64,000 bases of DNA from an uncultured Alphaproteobacteria bacterium (GTDB lineage: Bacteria; Pseudomonadota; Alphaproteobacteria; MPNO01; UBA2964): contig CALSLP010000003.1 of the NCBI GenBank assembly GCA_943787225.1, forward strand, positions 447,643 to 511,642, written 5' to 3'. Positions 10,541 through 18,804 of this stretch are shown here, one piece after another. The notes beneath the pieces are model-generated. The model was given only the letters and a program-made list of their open reading frames with translations. It was not told the DNA's origin and made no database searches. The position numbers were made by a program, and so were the translations under genes. Positions within the stretch are counted from its first letter, which is position 1. The number at the start of each line of letters is the position of its first letter.

Positions 10541-11148
10541 GATTTCTCAGGCACATCATGGCAGGCGTTGCAGCGGTCGGGTTGACCGTCGCAGCGCTTG
10601 CTGTTGCCGTGCCGGAGAGCAGCCGCGCGGCACCACCGCCCCTACCGCTGGCTTCTCTGTTCGGTGGGCCATTCACATTGACCGACCACAATGGCCAGCA
10701 GCGCACGGACAAAGATTACCGCGGTAAATTTATGCTGATTTATTTCGGCTATACCTATTGCCCGACGATTTGCCCGACGAATTTGCAGCATATGGCGCAG
10801 GCCCTGAAGAAGCTGGGCCCAAAGGCAAAGTCCGTGCAACCGCTATTCATCACAATCGACCCACGACGCGACACCCCGAAGCTGCTCAAAGAATATATGA
10901 CCCATTTCGGGAAAAACTTTGTCGCGCTGACCGGTACAGACGACCAGCTAAGGGCCGCGACCAAATCATTCAGGGTGCATCGCCGTAAAGTCATCGCCGA
11001 TAAAACTGCCCCGGAAGATTATCTGGTCGATCATTCAAGTATTACGTTTTTAATGGGACCCGACGGCAAGTTCCGGACATTATTTCCGCATGACACTACC
11101 GGCGATGTCATGGCCAAGCGGATGACTAAATATTTAGCGCAGAACTAA
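10537..11148 (+). CDS. SCO1/SenC family copper chaperone/thiol-disulfide protein
   Basis: YFGYTYCPTICP (CxxxC) and a downstream DHS motif. There is an N-terminal membrane anchor or signal peptide. The start is placed at 10537. Confidence 0.85.
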   Translation: MRFLRHIMAGVAAVGLTVAALAVAVPESSRAAPPPLPLASLFGGPFTLTDHNGQQRTDKDYRGKFMLIYFGYTYCPTICPTNLQHMAQALKKLGPKAKSVQPLFITIDPRRDTPKLLKEYMTHFGKNFVALTGTDDQLRAATKSFRVHRRKVIADKTAPEDYLVDHSSITFLMGPDGKFRTLFPHDTTGDVMAKRMTKYLAQN

Positions 11149-11153
11149 GCGCC

Positions 11154-11990
11154 TCAGCCAAAACGGCCTTCCAGCGTTTTTGCGATCTTGTTGAGCCCGT
11201 CGGCAGGCACTTTGCCGATCAGCATGAAACCAAACCCGCCTTTGATCCAGTGCACAACCTGCATGCCATTGCGCACTTCCTGCTTTGGACCATGCGCCGG
11301 TTTACCGCTCGGCAGAATACAAAATGCGACCGGGGTCTTTCCATCATAGAGATAGGCCATTTGGGCTAGCGGCTTCTTTTTAAACCGCAGGATTTGAGTA
11401 CGCTTGTAATCAAGGCCAGCGACCGCCAGTTGGTCGCGTTTTAGCTCGATAGAAAGCAATTTCGACGCTGCCGCGAGCCGCTGGTCCTGTAATCGAGCAT
11501 CACCGCCCTCATCTACCAAGGTTTCCTTGGAATAGAGCGCATGATAATCGGCCACCACCTGCCGCCAGCCTTTTGCTTTCGGGATGGTGGGCTTTTTAAC
11601 TGATGTTTTAGCAACAATCTGGAGATCAAATCGCGCAAATCTATCACCAACAGCAAAACCCAACCCGACCGCGAGAACCAGACAAGCCGCCATCGCCCAC
11701 CCCCAATACCCACTCCTTGAAGTCGAAACAGTGTTCGGTGTTGCCGTCGTGCTACGCGCTTCTTCCAACTGCTCCTGCAGCTTCTGTGCCGGTGCAGCTT
11801 CAAGCATCAGGTCGAAGGCCTCTCGAAACGGGCGCGATCCCGCATCCAGCAAAGCCAGTCGGGCACTGACATCCGTATCGCTGATCAGTTTCTTTTCGAT
11901 TGCAGCAGCCTCGTCCGCTGATGCCTGACCATCGAGATAGGCGACAAGCATTTCATCTGTAATATCGATGGAATTGTTCTGATCTGCCAT
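11154..11990 (-). CDS. Anti-sigma factor (single-pass membrane protein, no zinc-finger cysteines)
   Basis: Lies immediately downstream of the ECF sigma gene. It has an N-terminal LVAYLDG anti-sigma-like helix, a central TM segment (WGWAMAACLVLAVGLGFAV) and a roughly 150-aa periplasmic domain. The start could instead be 12002 or 12023. Confidence 0.6.
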   Translation of the reverse strand: MADQNNSIDITDEMLVAYLDGQASADEAAAIEKKLISDTDVSARLALLDAGSRPFREAFDLMLEAAPAQKLQEQLEEARSTTATPNTVSTSRSGYWGWAMAACLVLAVGLGFAVGDRFARFDLQIVAKTSVKKPTIPKAKGWRQVVADYHALYSKETLVDEGGDARLQDQRLAAASKLLSIELKRDQLAVAGLDYKRTQILRFKKKPLAQMAYLYDGKTPVAFCILPSGKPAHGPKQEVRNGMQVVHWIKGGFGFMLIGKVPADGLNKIAKTLEGRFG

Positions 11991-11994
11991 ACCG

Positions 11995-12525
11995 TTACCC
12001 ATTTCCCGGTTGCGCCACATCATTAGACATATCGGCTTGCAACCGTCCCAAACTCGCCCGCGCCGCCGCCAACCGGCTCATGACTGTTCCGATTGGTATC
12101 TCCAATATGTCAGCGGCCTCGCGATAGCTCATCCCTTCAACATAAACCAGCAACACTGTGACGCGCTGCGCCTCCGGTAGCTCGTGTATCTGCTTTAACA
12201 CCTGTTGCAGCTCAATATTCGCATCTGCGATCCGGCGGCCATCGATTGTCAGGACATCCTCCGCAGGGACATGACCCTGGCCCTGACGTACGGCGTTGGA
12301 CCGCAGCTGGTTTTTCCAGATCGACGACAGGATGGTAAATACCCACCGGTCGAGATTTGTTCCCTGCTGGAACTGTTCAGCGCGTTCGAGCGCGCGGACG
12401 CAGGCAGCCTGAACGAGATCTTCAGCAATATCGGGGGAATGCGACAGGGTATAGGCGAACCGCCATAATCGCGGTAAAAGCACGAGTAACCCGTCGCTGA
12501 CAAAGGCGTGATTATTTTTTGTCAT
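11995..12525 (-). CDS. ECF (sigma-70 family) RNA polymerase sigma factor
   Basis: 176 aa. Region 2 (DLVQAACVRALE) and region 4 (SYREAADILEIPIGTVMSRL) signatures are present. Confidence 0.85.
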   Translation of the reverse strand: MTKNNHAFVSDGLLVLLPRLWRFAYTLSHSPDIAEDLVQAACVRALERAEQFQQGTNLDRWVFTILSSIWKNQLRSNAVRQGQGHVPAEDVLTIDGRRIADANIELQQVLKQIHELPEAQRVTVLLVYVEGMSYREAADILEIPIGTVMSRLAAARASLGRLQADMSNDVAQPGNG

Positions 12526-12684
12526 CGCGAGCGAATAATATGGGCGCCGACGTGTTTTCCATACATGAGCCTAACGGAGCTCGCCGAATGGTGGAACCAA
12601 GAAATTGACGGACCACAGACTGGTTTAAACAAGCGGCAAATCCCATATGGACGATATAAACGGATTTATAACAGAGGTGTTAGA

Positions 12685-13188
12685 ATGACTCAGAAGCTCT
12701 CGATGAATGGAAAAATTGCCGTCTTTGCAATTAGTCTCGCTGCGTTGGCCCTTAACGTCATCGTATTATCGCCAAATGCCTTTGCTGCCGGCGGCGATAG
12801 CGATTGGGGATCAGATTCAGCAAAAAAGCAAAACCCTGACTGGGTGGCTGCAACAAAGAAAATTACCGCAAAAGACTATGCCGGCGCCATTCCGCATCTG
12901 CAGAAATTCATTGCCGACAACCCGAAGAATGCGAATGGCCATAACTATATGGGCTATTCCCTGCGCAATCTTGGCAAGCTCAAAGAGTCCGGCGCAGCCT
13001 ACAGCAAAGCCCTGGCGCTAAACCCCAAACATCTCGGGGCACTGGAATATCAAGGACGCCTGTTCCTGAAACTTGGACAGGTTGATAAAGCGAAAGCCAA
13101 TCTCGCCAAACTCGACAGCCTGTGCTTCTTCGGCTGCGATGAATATACCGAGCTAAAAGACGCTATCACCCAGCACAAGGGCAGCTAA
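12685..13188 (+). CDS. Secreted tetratricopeptide-repeat protein
   Basis: Signal peptide ending AFAAGG, followed by TPR-like repeats (NYMGYSLRNLGKLKESGAAYSKALALNP...). Divergent from the ECF sigma gene. Confidence 0.7.
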   Translation: MTQKLSMNGKIAVFAISLAALALNVIVLSPNAFAAGGDSDWGSDSAKKQNPDWVAATKKITAKDYAGAIPHLQKFIADNPKNANGHNYMGYSLRNLGKLKESGAAYSKALALNPKHLGALEYQGRLFLKLGQVDKAKANLAKLDSLCFFGCDEYTELKDAITQHKGS

Positions 13189-13219
13189 CCGCCTAGATAT
13201 GCGACGGCACAGTACGTAC

Positions 13220-13435
13220 TCAGGTTTCGTGCGTGCCGTCGCATAGCGGCTGGTTCTGGGTCCGCTTACAGCCACAGAACGTTACAGGCCGGTCACGCTT
13301 GGCAATATATTGCACAGGTGACACCCCGGTTCCCTTATGAGAACCATCGCAAAATGGCTGATCTGCGCTCTTACCACACGCACACCACCAATATTCCTTA
13401 CCTTCTTCAACGAGCCGCTGGTAATAGAGCGCCAT
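13220..13435 (-). CDS. CDGSH iron-sulfur domain protein
   Basis: Two copies of the C-x-C-x(n)-CDG(S/T)H motif (CACGKSADQPFCDGSH and CGCKRTQNQPLCDGTH) in 71 aa. Confidence 0.85.
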   Translation of the reverse strand: MALYYQRLVEEGKEYWWCACGKSADQPFCDGSHKGTGVSPVQYIAKRDRPVTFCGCKRTQNQPLCDGTHET

Positions 13436-13548
13436 ACTGATCAGTTCCTTCTATCCACGATACGAATTGCCTGTTTTTTAGAACGAGACAGAGCAGTTCA
13501 CAAGCCCTCCCCGGACGGTTACGCTATCGCTAGAAAACGGAGGAACAG

Positions 13549-14409
13549 ATGCCGCATTCGTTCGACACCAAACCGCTAGGCCCGGCACTCGGGGCAGAAA
13601 TCATCGGCCTTGATATTTCCAGGCCGCTCGATGACAAAACCATTCAGGATCTCTACGACACCTGGCGCGACAATATTGTGCTGCTGTTCAACAAGCCGGA
13701 TATGAGCCAGGAGGAACAGCTCCGCTTTGCCGCCTGTTTCGGCAAAATCGGCGAGCGGCCCCGGCCCAAAGAAGAGCGGCCCGAAGATTTCAGCAAGCTG
13801 GATCCAGCGTTTATGCTGGTCACCAATATCCGCGAGAACGGCAAACCCATCGGGACATTACCGGATGGCGAGATGATGTTTCACCACGACACAATCTATA
13901 AACCCCGCCCCCATATTGGCACCCTGCTTTACGCCATTGAAGTACCGTCCGTTGGCGGCAATACCAAGTTCACAAACCTCTACAAGGCCTATGACGCCCT
14001 GCCTGACGAGGTCAAACAAAAGATCGACGGTCGTAAAGCCCTGCACCTGTATGATTACGACCGCATTGCCGAGCGTAATACAGCTGCGGGGGCCGGTAAC
14101 CTGCTCGAAGGGTGCTCTCACCCGGTCGCCATCACCCATCCACGATCCCGCCGTAAAGCGCTCTATGTAAACCGGCTGATGACCGCCGAGATCGAAGGGC
14201 TCGACCGTGATGAAAGCGAAGACATTCTCAACTTGATGTTCGATATCGCGGAACGCCGGGAGCACGTCTACGAACATGTCTGGACACCGGGCGATCTTTT
14301 ACTGTGGGATAATCTCTGTTCGTCCCATGCCCGCACCGACTTTTCCGACGGAGAGGTCCGCCTGTTACGCCGCTGTCAGGTCGAGGCCGAGAGCGCGCCC
14401 GCGGCATAA
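13549..14409 (+). CDS. TauD/TfdA family Fe(II)/2-oxoglutarate dioxygenase
   Basis: 286 aa with an HHD (H-x-D) facial-triad motif and the family-typical C-terminus WDNLCSSHAR. Confidence 0.85.
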   Translation: MPHSFDTKPLGPALGAEIIGLDISRPLDDKTIQDLYDTWRDNIVLLFNKPDMSQEEQLRFAACFGKIGERPRPKEERPEDFSKLDPAFMLVTNIRENGKPIGTLPDGEMMFHHDTIYKPRPHIGTLLYAIEVPSVGGNTKFTNLYKAYDALPDEVKQKIDGRKALHLYDYDRIAERNTAAGAGNLLEGCSHPVAITHPRSRRKALYVNRLMTAEIEGLDRDESEDILNLMFDIAERREHVYEHVWTPGDLLLWDNLCSSHARTDFSDGEVRLLRRCQVEAESAPAA

Positions 14410-14502
14410 AATTCCAAACTGCCGACGATTCGGGTTGTCGACAGATAAGCTTGCCATAAATAATGAGTAAAGAGATTTAAGGACAGAACAATTTCTATAG
14501 GC

Positions 14503-15201
14503 ATTGAACATCATCACGGCGACCATAGTCACTATGTCCACCGTATTGGCTGGCTCCGCGCCGCCGTTCTGGGTGCTAATGACGGTATTGTCTCAACCGC
14601 GAGCCTGATTGTCGGCGTCGCCGCCGCGTCAGATGACCGCAGCGTTATCCTAATTGCCGGAATCGCCGGGCTGGTCGCTGGCGCAATGTCGATGGCGGCG
14701 GGCGAATATGTTTCGGTCAGTTCACAATCCGACACGGAACGTGCCGACATCGAGACCGAACGCCAGGCGTTGGAAGAAGAGCCAGAAGGCGAACTTGAAG
14801 AGCTGACCCGCATTTATGTCAGCCGCGGCGTCGACCGCAGTGTGGCCCGTGAAGTCGCCGTCCAGCTTACTGAACATGACGCCCTCGCCGCCCATGCCCG
14901 CGACGAGCTCGGCATTACCGAGACCGCCAGCGCGCAGCCGGTTCTGGCTGCCGTGACCTCGGCGGCGGCATTTTCCATAGGCGCCTTATTACCGTTAGTC
15001 GCCATGATGCTGGCCCCAATTGCGCTGGCAATCCCTGTGGTCGCTGTTGCAACCCTGGCCAGCCTGGCCCTCCTTGGGACGTTATCGGCCCAGGCAGGCG
15101 GCGCTGGCGTACTTAAAGCCGCCGCCCGCGTCACCATTTGGGGGACGATCGCCATGGCCCTGACGGCCGCGATTGGCTCGATGGTGGGGAAAGTGATTTA
15201 A
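14503..15201 (+). CDS. VIT1/CCC1 family iron/manganese transporter
   Basis: GWLRAAVLGANDGIVSTASL and MAAGEYVSVSSQ motifs. The family N-terminus lies upstream of the listed ATG (14686). The frame is open from 14500 and the only start candidate is TTG at 14503. Confidence 0.75.
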   Translation: MEHHHGDHSHYVHRIGWLRAAVLGANDGIVSTASLIVGVAAASDDRSVILIAGIAGLVAGAMSMAAGEYVSVSSQSDTERADIETERQALEEEPEGELEELTRIYVSRGVDRSVAREVAVQLTEHDALAAHARDELGITETASAQPVLAAVTSAAAFSIGALLPLVAMMLAPIALAIPVVAVATLASLALLGTLSAQAGGAGVLKAAARVTIWGTIAMALTAAIGSMVGKVI

Positions 15202-15242
15202 GGCCTAAGCCGCCAGACGACCTTCGGCTTAACGTTACCTCT

Positions 15243-16172
15243 TCACCCGTCCACCCAGTCAGCGGCGCCGTCGATAAACAGCCCATCGATATCCGGCAGC
15301 TTGCTAATGAATTGCTGTTCATGGAGATAGCGCATCAGCGCGCCGACAATTTCCCGGTTCTTGTCGGTCAATCCAAACGGGATCGGGTCAATATCCGTTT
15401 CATCGCCCCACGGGTTGAGATTGCCACCTTCGGCATAAAACTGCTTCTTGCTGGCGCAATAGGCCTCAAATAACAGCTTGGGCGCGTTGGGGAATTTCGC
15501 CAGCGTGTCATCGTGAATAACCACCGCGTGGTTTAACGGGTAAATGCCAGTGCGGATAAAATAGTTGCGCTCGGCGGCCTCGGTGTCCGGGAACAAGGGC
15601 CGCAACATTTGCTCGGCCGCCGGTTTCTTACCGTCATTGGTGCTCGGCGCCAGAATGGCATCGATCTCACCATCGATCACCAGCTGTTCGAGGTCCTTGT
15701 CCAGCGCTTTAACCCCCGCATCCGCTGGCGGCGCAAAGCGCTGCTTCTTTTCCGACACCCAGTTGATGTCGCGCCAATGCAGATCATATTCATCGATCAT
15801 CAGGCCACGCCACCAAACGCCAGCCGTCTGGGTATACTCACGCGCGCCAATCGTTTTCCCCTTGAGCTGGCTCGGATGGGTCAGATCGCCATCCTTGCGG
15901 ACATAGAGAGAGCCATGGCGAAATGCCCGATTTAGGAACACCGGTAGCGCCATCATCGGCGCGATATCGCGGTCCTTCATCAGGGTGTAATTGGCGAGTG
16001 AGAACTCATTTACCTGAAACGGCAAACCGTCGAGCACCGCTTTGAAAGCCTGACCCGGCCCAACCGGATTATATCGTAAATTCAGACCACCAGTTTCACG
16101 ACTGACATGCCGAAAAAACGGATAGTCGTTACCGACCATCTCAATCACATTGTTATCAGGCGCATCTGGCAT
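15243..16172 (-). CDS. PhtD-like protein (paralogue of 5625-6599)
   Basis: 309 aa, similar in layout to the 5625 ORF (e.g. EFSLANYTL..., PVFLNRAFRHGSLYV, GKTIGAREYTQTAGVW). Confidence 0.55.
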   Translation of the reverse strand: MPDAPDNNVIEMVGNDYPFFRHVSRETGGLNLRYNPVGPGQAFKAVLDGLPFQVNEFSLANYTLMKDRDIAPMMALPVFLNRAFRHGSLYVRKDGDLTHPSQLKGKTIGAREYTQTAGVWWRGLMIDEYDLHWRDINWVSEKKQRFAPPADAGVKALDKDLEQLVIDGEIDAILAPSTNDGKKPAAEQMLRPLFPDTEAAERNYFIRTGIYPLNHAVVIHDDTLAKFPNAPKLLFEAYCASKKQFYAEGGNLNPWGDETDIDPIPFGLTDKNREIVGALMRYLHEQQFISKLPDIDGLFIDGAADWVDG

Positions 16173-16322
16173 GCCGCTGTCCCATTTCCGGTTTCAGTTC
16201 ATGTCCCATGATAGCCCTGACATTGGATGGACGCACCCCAGGTCGAACTGCCAGATTTTAAAAGCGATTTCAGTAGGGGGATTTCGATGGCTCACCTTCG
16301 CTTTGCGAAAGGTCCACTGAAA

Positions 16323-16409
16323 TGGTGCCCGCTGCCGGACTCGAACCGGCACACTCTTACGAATAACGGATTTTAAGTCCGTTGCGTCTACCAATTCCGC
16401 CAAGCGGGC
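16323..16409 (-). tRNA. tRNA-Leu (anticodon TAA)
   Basis: The minus strand reads GCCCGCTTGGCGGAATTGGTAGACGCAACGGACTTAAAATCCGTT...GGTTCGAGTCCGGCAGCGGGCACCA. It has a 7-bp acceptor stem, anticodon loop CTTAAAA, a long variable arm, a GGTTCGAGTCC T-arm and an encoded CCA. Confidence 0.9.
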
Positions 16410-16503
16410 ACTCGCTGCGAGTCGTTAAATCGAACTGGCGGCAGAAACTAGCGTAAATTGGGTGCACAAGGAAACCGAAAGACGCAACAAAACGTCAGAG
16501 ACC

Positions 16504-17787
16504 TCACTCAATGTGCTCTTTTTCAAGCGCCGCCGCCGCGGTCTTTGATTTTGTCAGCATCCACAGCCAGACGACCATACACAAAACACCACCGAGCGCG
16601 ACGCCCCAGCGAATACCAATGATCTCCGCCGCTATCCCCATCACAAGCGCCCCGAGCGCCGGTGCCCCCCGGTGGATAACGCCATAGAGGCTCATCACTC
16701 GGCCACGCATAGCACCATCAACCGCGTGCTGCATGAGGGTCTGGGTCGCTGTACCACCGTAAATGCCGGTAACCCCCAGAACGAAAATGCTGAACAAGGC
16801 CAGCGGATACCAGTCCGTTACGACAAAACCGAAAATGCTGAGCCCGGTCACCAGAAGTGCCAATATTGTTATACGCGTCAGCCCACGCACATGGCCACGT
16901 TGTGCCAGCCACATGGCGGCGATCAATCCGCCAACGCCTGATACAGCGGTTATTTCACCAAGACCGCTGGCGCCACGCTCAAAGACCTGGTCGGCAAATT
17001 CAGGCAAAATTTCAAGCAACGCTTTACCGCCCATTGCCATCGCGATCAGGAGGACAAGCGCTGGCCCGATGCCGGGGTGACGAGCAGCGTGTTTAATCCC
17101 TTCAGCCAGCTGCTCAATCATGCCAGCACCGCTGGTTGGCTTTTCATCATTACGGACCTGACGAATGACCCAAAGCGCCACGATAAAGAAGATGAACGTG
17201 ACAGCATTAAAGAGAAAAGCGATCCCGACATTCCATTGATCTATAATAAACGCCCCGGACGCCGGCCCAACGACCCGGCCAAGATTGAAGATCGCTGAAT
17301 TCAGGGCAACCGCAGGCGGGATAAATTTGTGCTCCACCAGGTTGGGGACCATCGACAGGCGTGCCGCTGTATTGAGGGCCCAGGCCACACCCAGGAACGC
17401 TGTCCAGCCAATCAGCCACCAGATATCTGCCGCTTCTGTGAATTTACCGGCGAGGTACATCCAGCCGAGGACACAGGCCTGAAACATGCCCATGACCTGA
17501 CTGATAATGCTCATATACCGTCGGTCATACCGATCAGCGAGAACACCCGCGAACGGCGTCAAAAACAAAGTCGGGATCAAGTCCGCAACCACCACCATGG
17601 CCACCCAGAAACTTGAATGGGTCAGCTCCCAGGCCAACCACGCGGCGGCCAACCGGTGCGCCCACATGCCAAATAGCGAGATAGTGCTGCCAGCAGTGTA
17701 GACACCGTAATTCCACTGGCTAAGAACGCTGACAATACCGGGCTTCGGACCGGAGTCTTTTTCGGGCGTTTGGCTGGCAGTCGCCAT
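16504..17787 (-). CDS. MFS transporter (EntS/MFS_3-like), paralogue 1
   Basis: 427 aa and multi-helix. It shares long motifs with 18805-20073 (LAWE.T.S.FW, NTAARLSMVPNL, TQTLMQ.AVDGAMRGRVMSLYG). Confidence 0.8.
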   Translation of the reverse strand: MATASQTPEKDSGPKPGIVSVLSQWNYGVYTAGSTISLFGMWAHRLAAAWLAWELTHSSFWVAMVVVADLIPTLFLTPFAGVLADRYDRRYMSIISQVMGMFQACVLGWMYLAGKFTEAADIWWLIGWTAFLGVAWALNTAARLSMVPNLVEHKFIPPAVALNSAIFNLGRVVGPASGAFIIDQWNVGIAFLFNAVTFIFFIVALWVIRQVRNDEKPTSGAGMIEQLAEGIKHAARHPGIGPALVLLIAMAMGGKALLEILPEFADQVFERGASGLGEITAVSGVGGLIAAMWLAQRGHVRGLTRITILALLVTGLSIFGFVVTDWYPLALFSIFVLGVTGIYGGTATQTLMQHAVDGAMRGRVMSLYGVIHRGAPALGALVMGIAAEIIGIRWGVALGGVLCMVVWLWMLTKSKTAAAALEKEHIE

Positions 17788-17933
17788 GAATGTTCGGAAC
17801 AGGCTGTTTGGCTTTCGCCGAGGCGACGATTATCTCACACCACAGAGCCCGAGGGAAATCTGATTGAACAGAATACGCCACGAGACCACGCTCGTTGGCT
17901 AAATCAATTGTCACGTAAGTCGGATGACAGCTT

Positions 17934-18635
17934 TTAGGCGCGGGTCTTTCGACTTGTGCCCCGGACCACACGAAGGGAAACCAAAGCCGTGACAAACACC
18001 AGAAGGGCACCTGGCTCTGGTACGTCGTCATTGGTTGTCGTGGCCAGCTCGATACGCAAATCCATGCCAATTTGAGACCCGGAATAGCTTTCGCCGTTTA
18101 CATTGAAGCCATCCGCGCCCCACAGGCTCATGATAGCGAGGCCTGGGTTGGTCGAGTGGAATGAATTGGGATCATTGCCGTCATTACCACAACACACATA
18201 GCCGGTCTTGATACCGATTTCGGTAGACTGTAACCCAAGGATAGTCGTCCCGTTAAATGTGACGTCGAAAAGAGCCGGTGCGATCGTCGTGTCATCGACA
18301 CCTCCAAACAACAACGGGTTAGACACTTTGGAGGCGACTGTCATCGTCGCACCTGAGGCAATGCCGCTGCCAGCAATATCGAATGTTGCGTTTAAGATAC
18401 CGGTTTGATCGTTATATGTACCAATCGCACCGCTACCGGAAATCGTGGCAATCGTCGCCCCGCACATCGCGTTACAACCCGTGGCCTCGTGAAGAAGCGA
18501 ATAAGAAAACCCACCCTGAGATCCGCCCTGAACGTTGTAAATATTCCAAACTGCCGCAGATGCAGGCAACGCCCCGGCGGCAAGAACGGCCAGGAGCGCT
18601 AGTTTGGTCAGGACTGAAATAAAACGCGAAAACAT
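17934..18635 (-). CDS. PEP-CTERM sorting-domain secreted protein
   Basis: Signal peptide (LLAVLAAGALPASAA) and a C-terminal VPEPG + hydrophobic helix + RGTSRKTRA basic tail. Confidence 0.75.
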   Translation of the reverse strand: MFSRFISVLTKLALLAVLAAGALPASAAVWNIYNVQGGSQGGFSYSLLHEATGCNAMCGATIATISGSGAIGTYNDQTGILNATFDIAGSGIASGATMTVASKVSNPLLFGGVDDTTIAPALFDVTFNGTTILGLQSTEIGIKTGYVCCGNDGNDPNSFHSTNPGLAIMSLWGADGFNVNGESYSGSQIGMDLRIELATTTNDDVPEPGALLVFVTALVSLRVVRGTSRKTRA

Positions 18636-18672
18636 TCTGATTACTCAAATACTATAATTATGCCATTTATTG

Positions 18673-18688
18673 TGCAAAAAACGTGCCA
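18673..18688 (-). promoter_or_regulatory. Sigma-54 (RpoN) -24/-12 promoter
   Basis: The minus strand reads TGGCACGTTTTTTGCA, i.e. TGGCAC-N5-TTGCA with GG and GC correctly spaced. It ends 37 nt upstream of the PEP-CTERM gene ATG (18635). Confidence 0.6.
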
Positions 18689-18750
18689 ATTGCAACAACT
18701 TATATATTTCAATACCTTACGATAGGCGGCCCTCGAGAAGGCTCTCGAAC

Positions 18751-18766
18751 TGTAAAATATCCCGAC
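18751..18766. promoter_or_regulatory. Candidate enhancer (UAS) element TGTAAAA-N4-CCGAC
   Basis: TGTAAAATATCCCGAC lies about 70 bp upstream of the -24 element. The same 12 fixed positions recur twice upstream of the PEP-CTERM gene at 57451. Confidence 0.4.
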
Positions 18767-18804
18767 GGTCCTAAAATAGGGAATAGCCGTTATGTAACAA
18801 ATTG

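Noticed and set aside
16194-16403. 69-aa ORF that overlaps tRNA-Leu.
   Set aside because: It is explained entirely by the tRNA gene on the same strand. There is no independent coding evidence.
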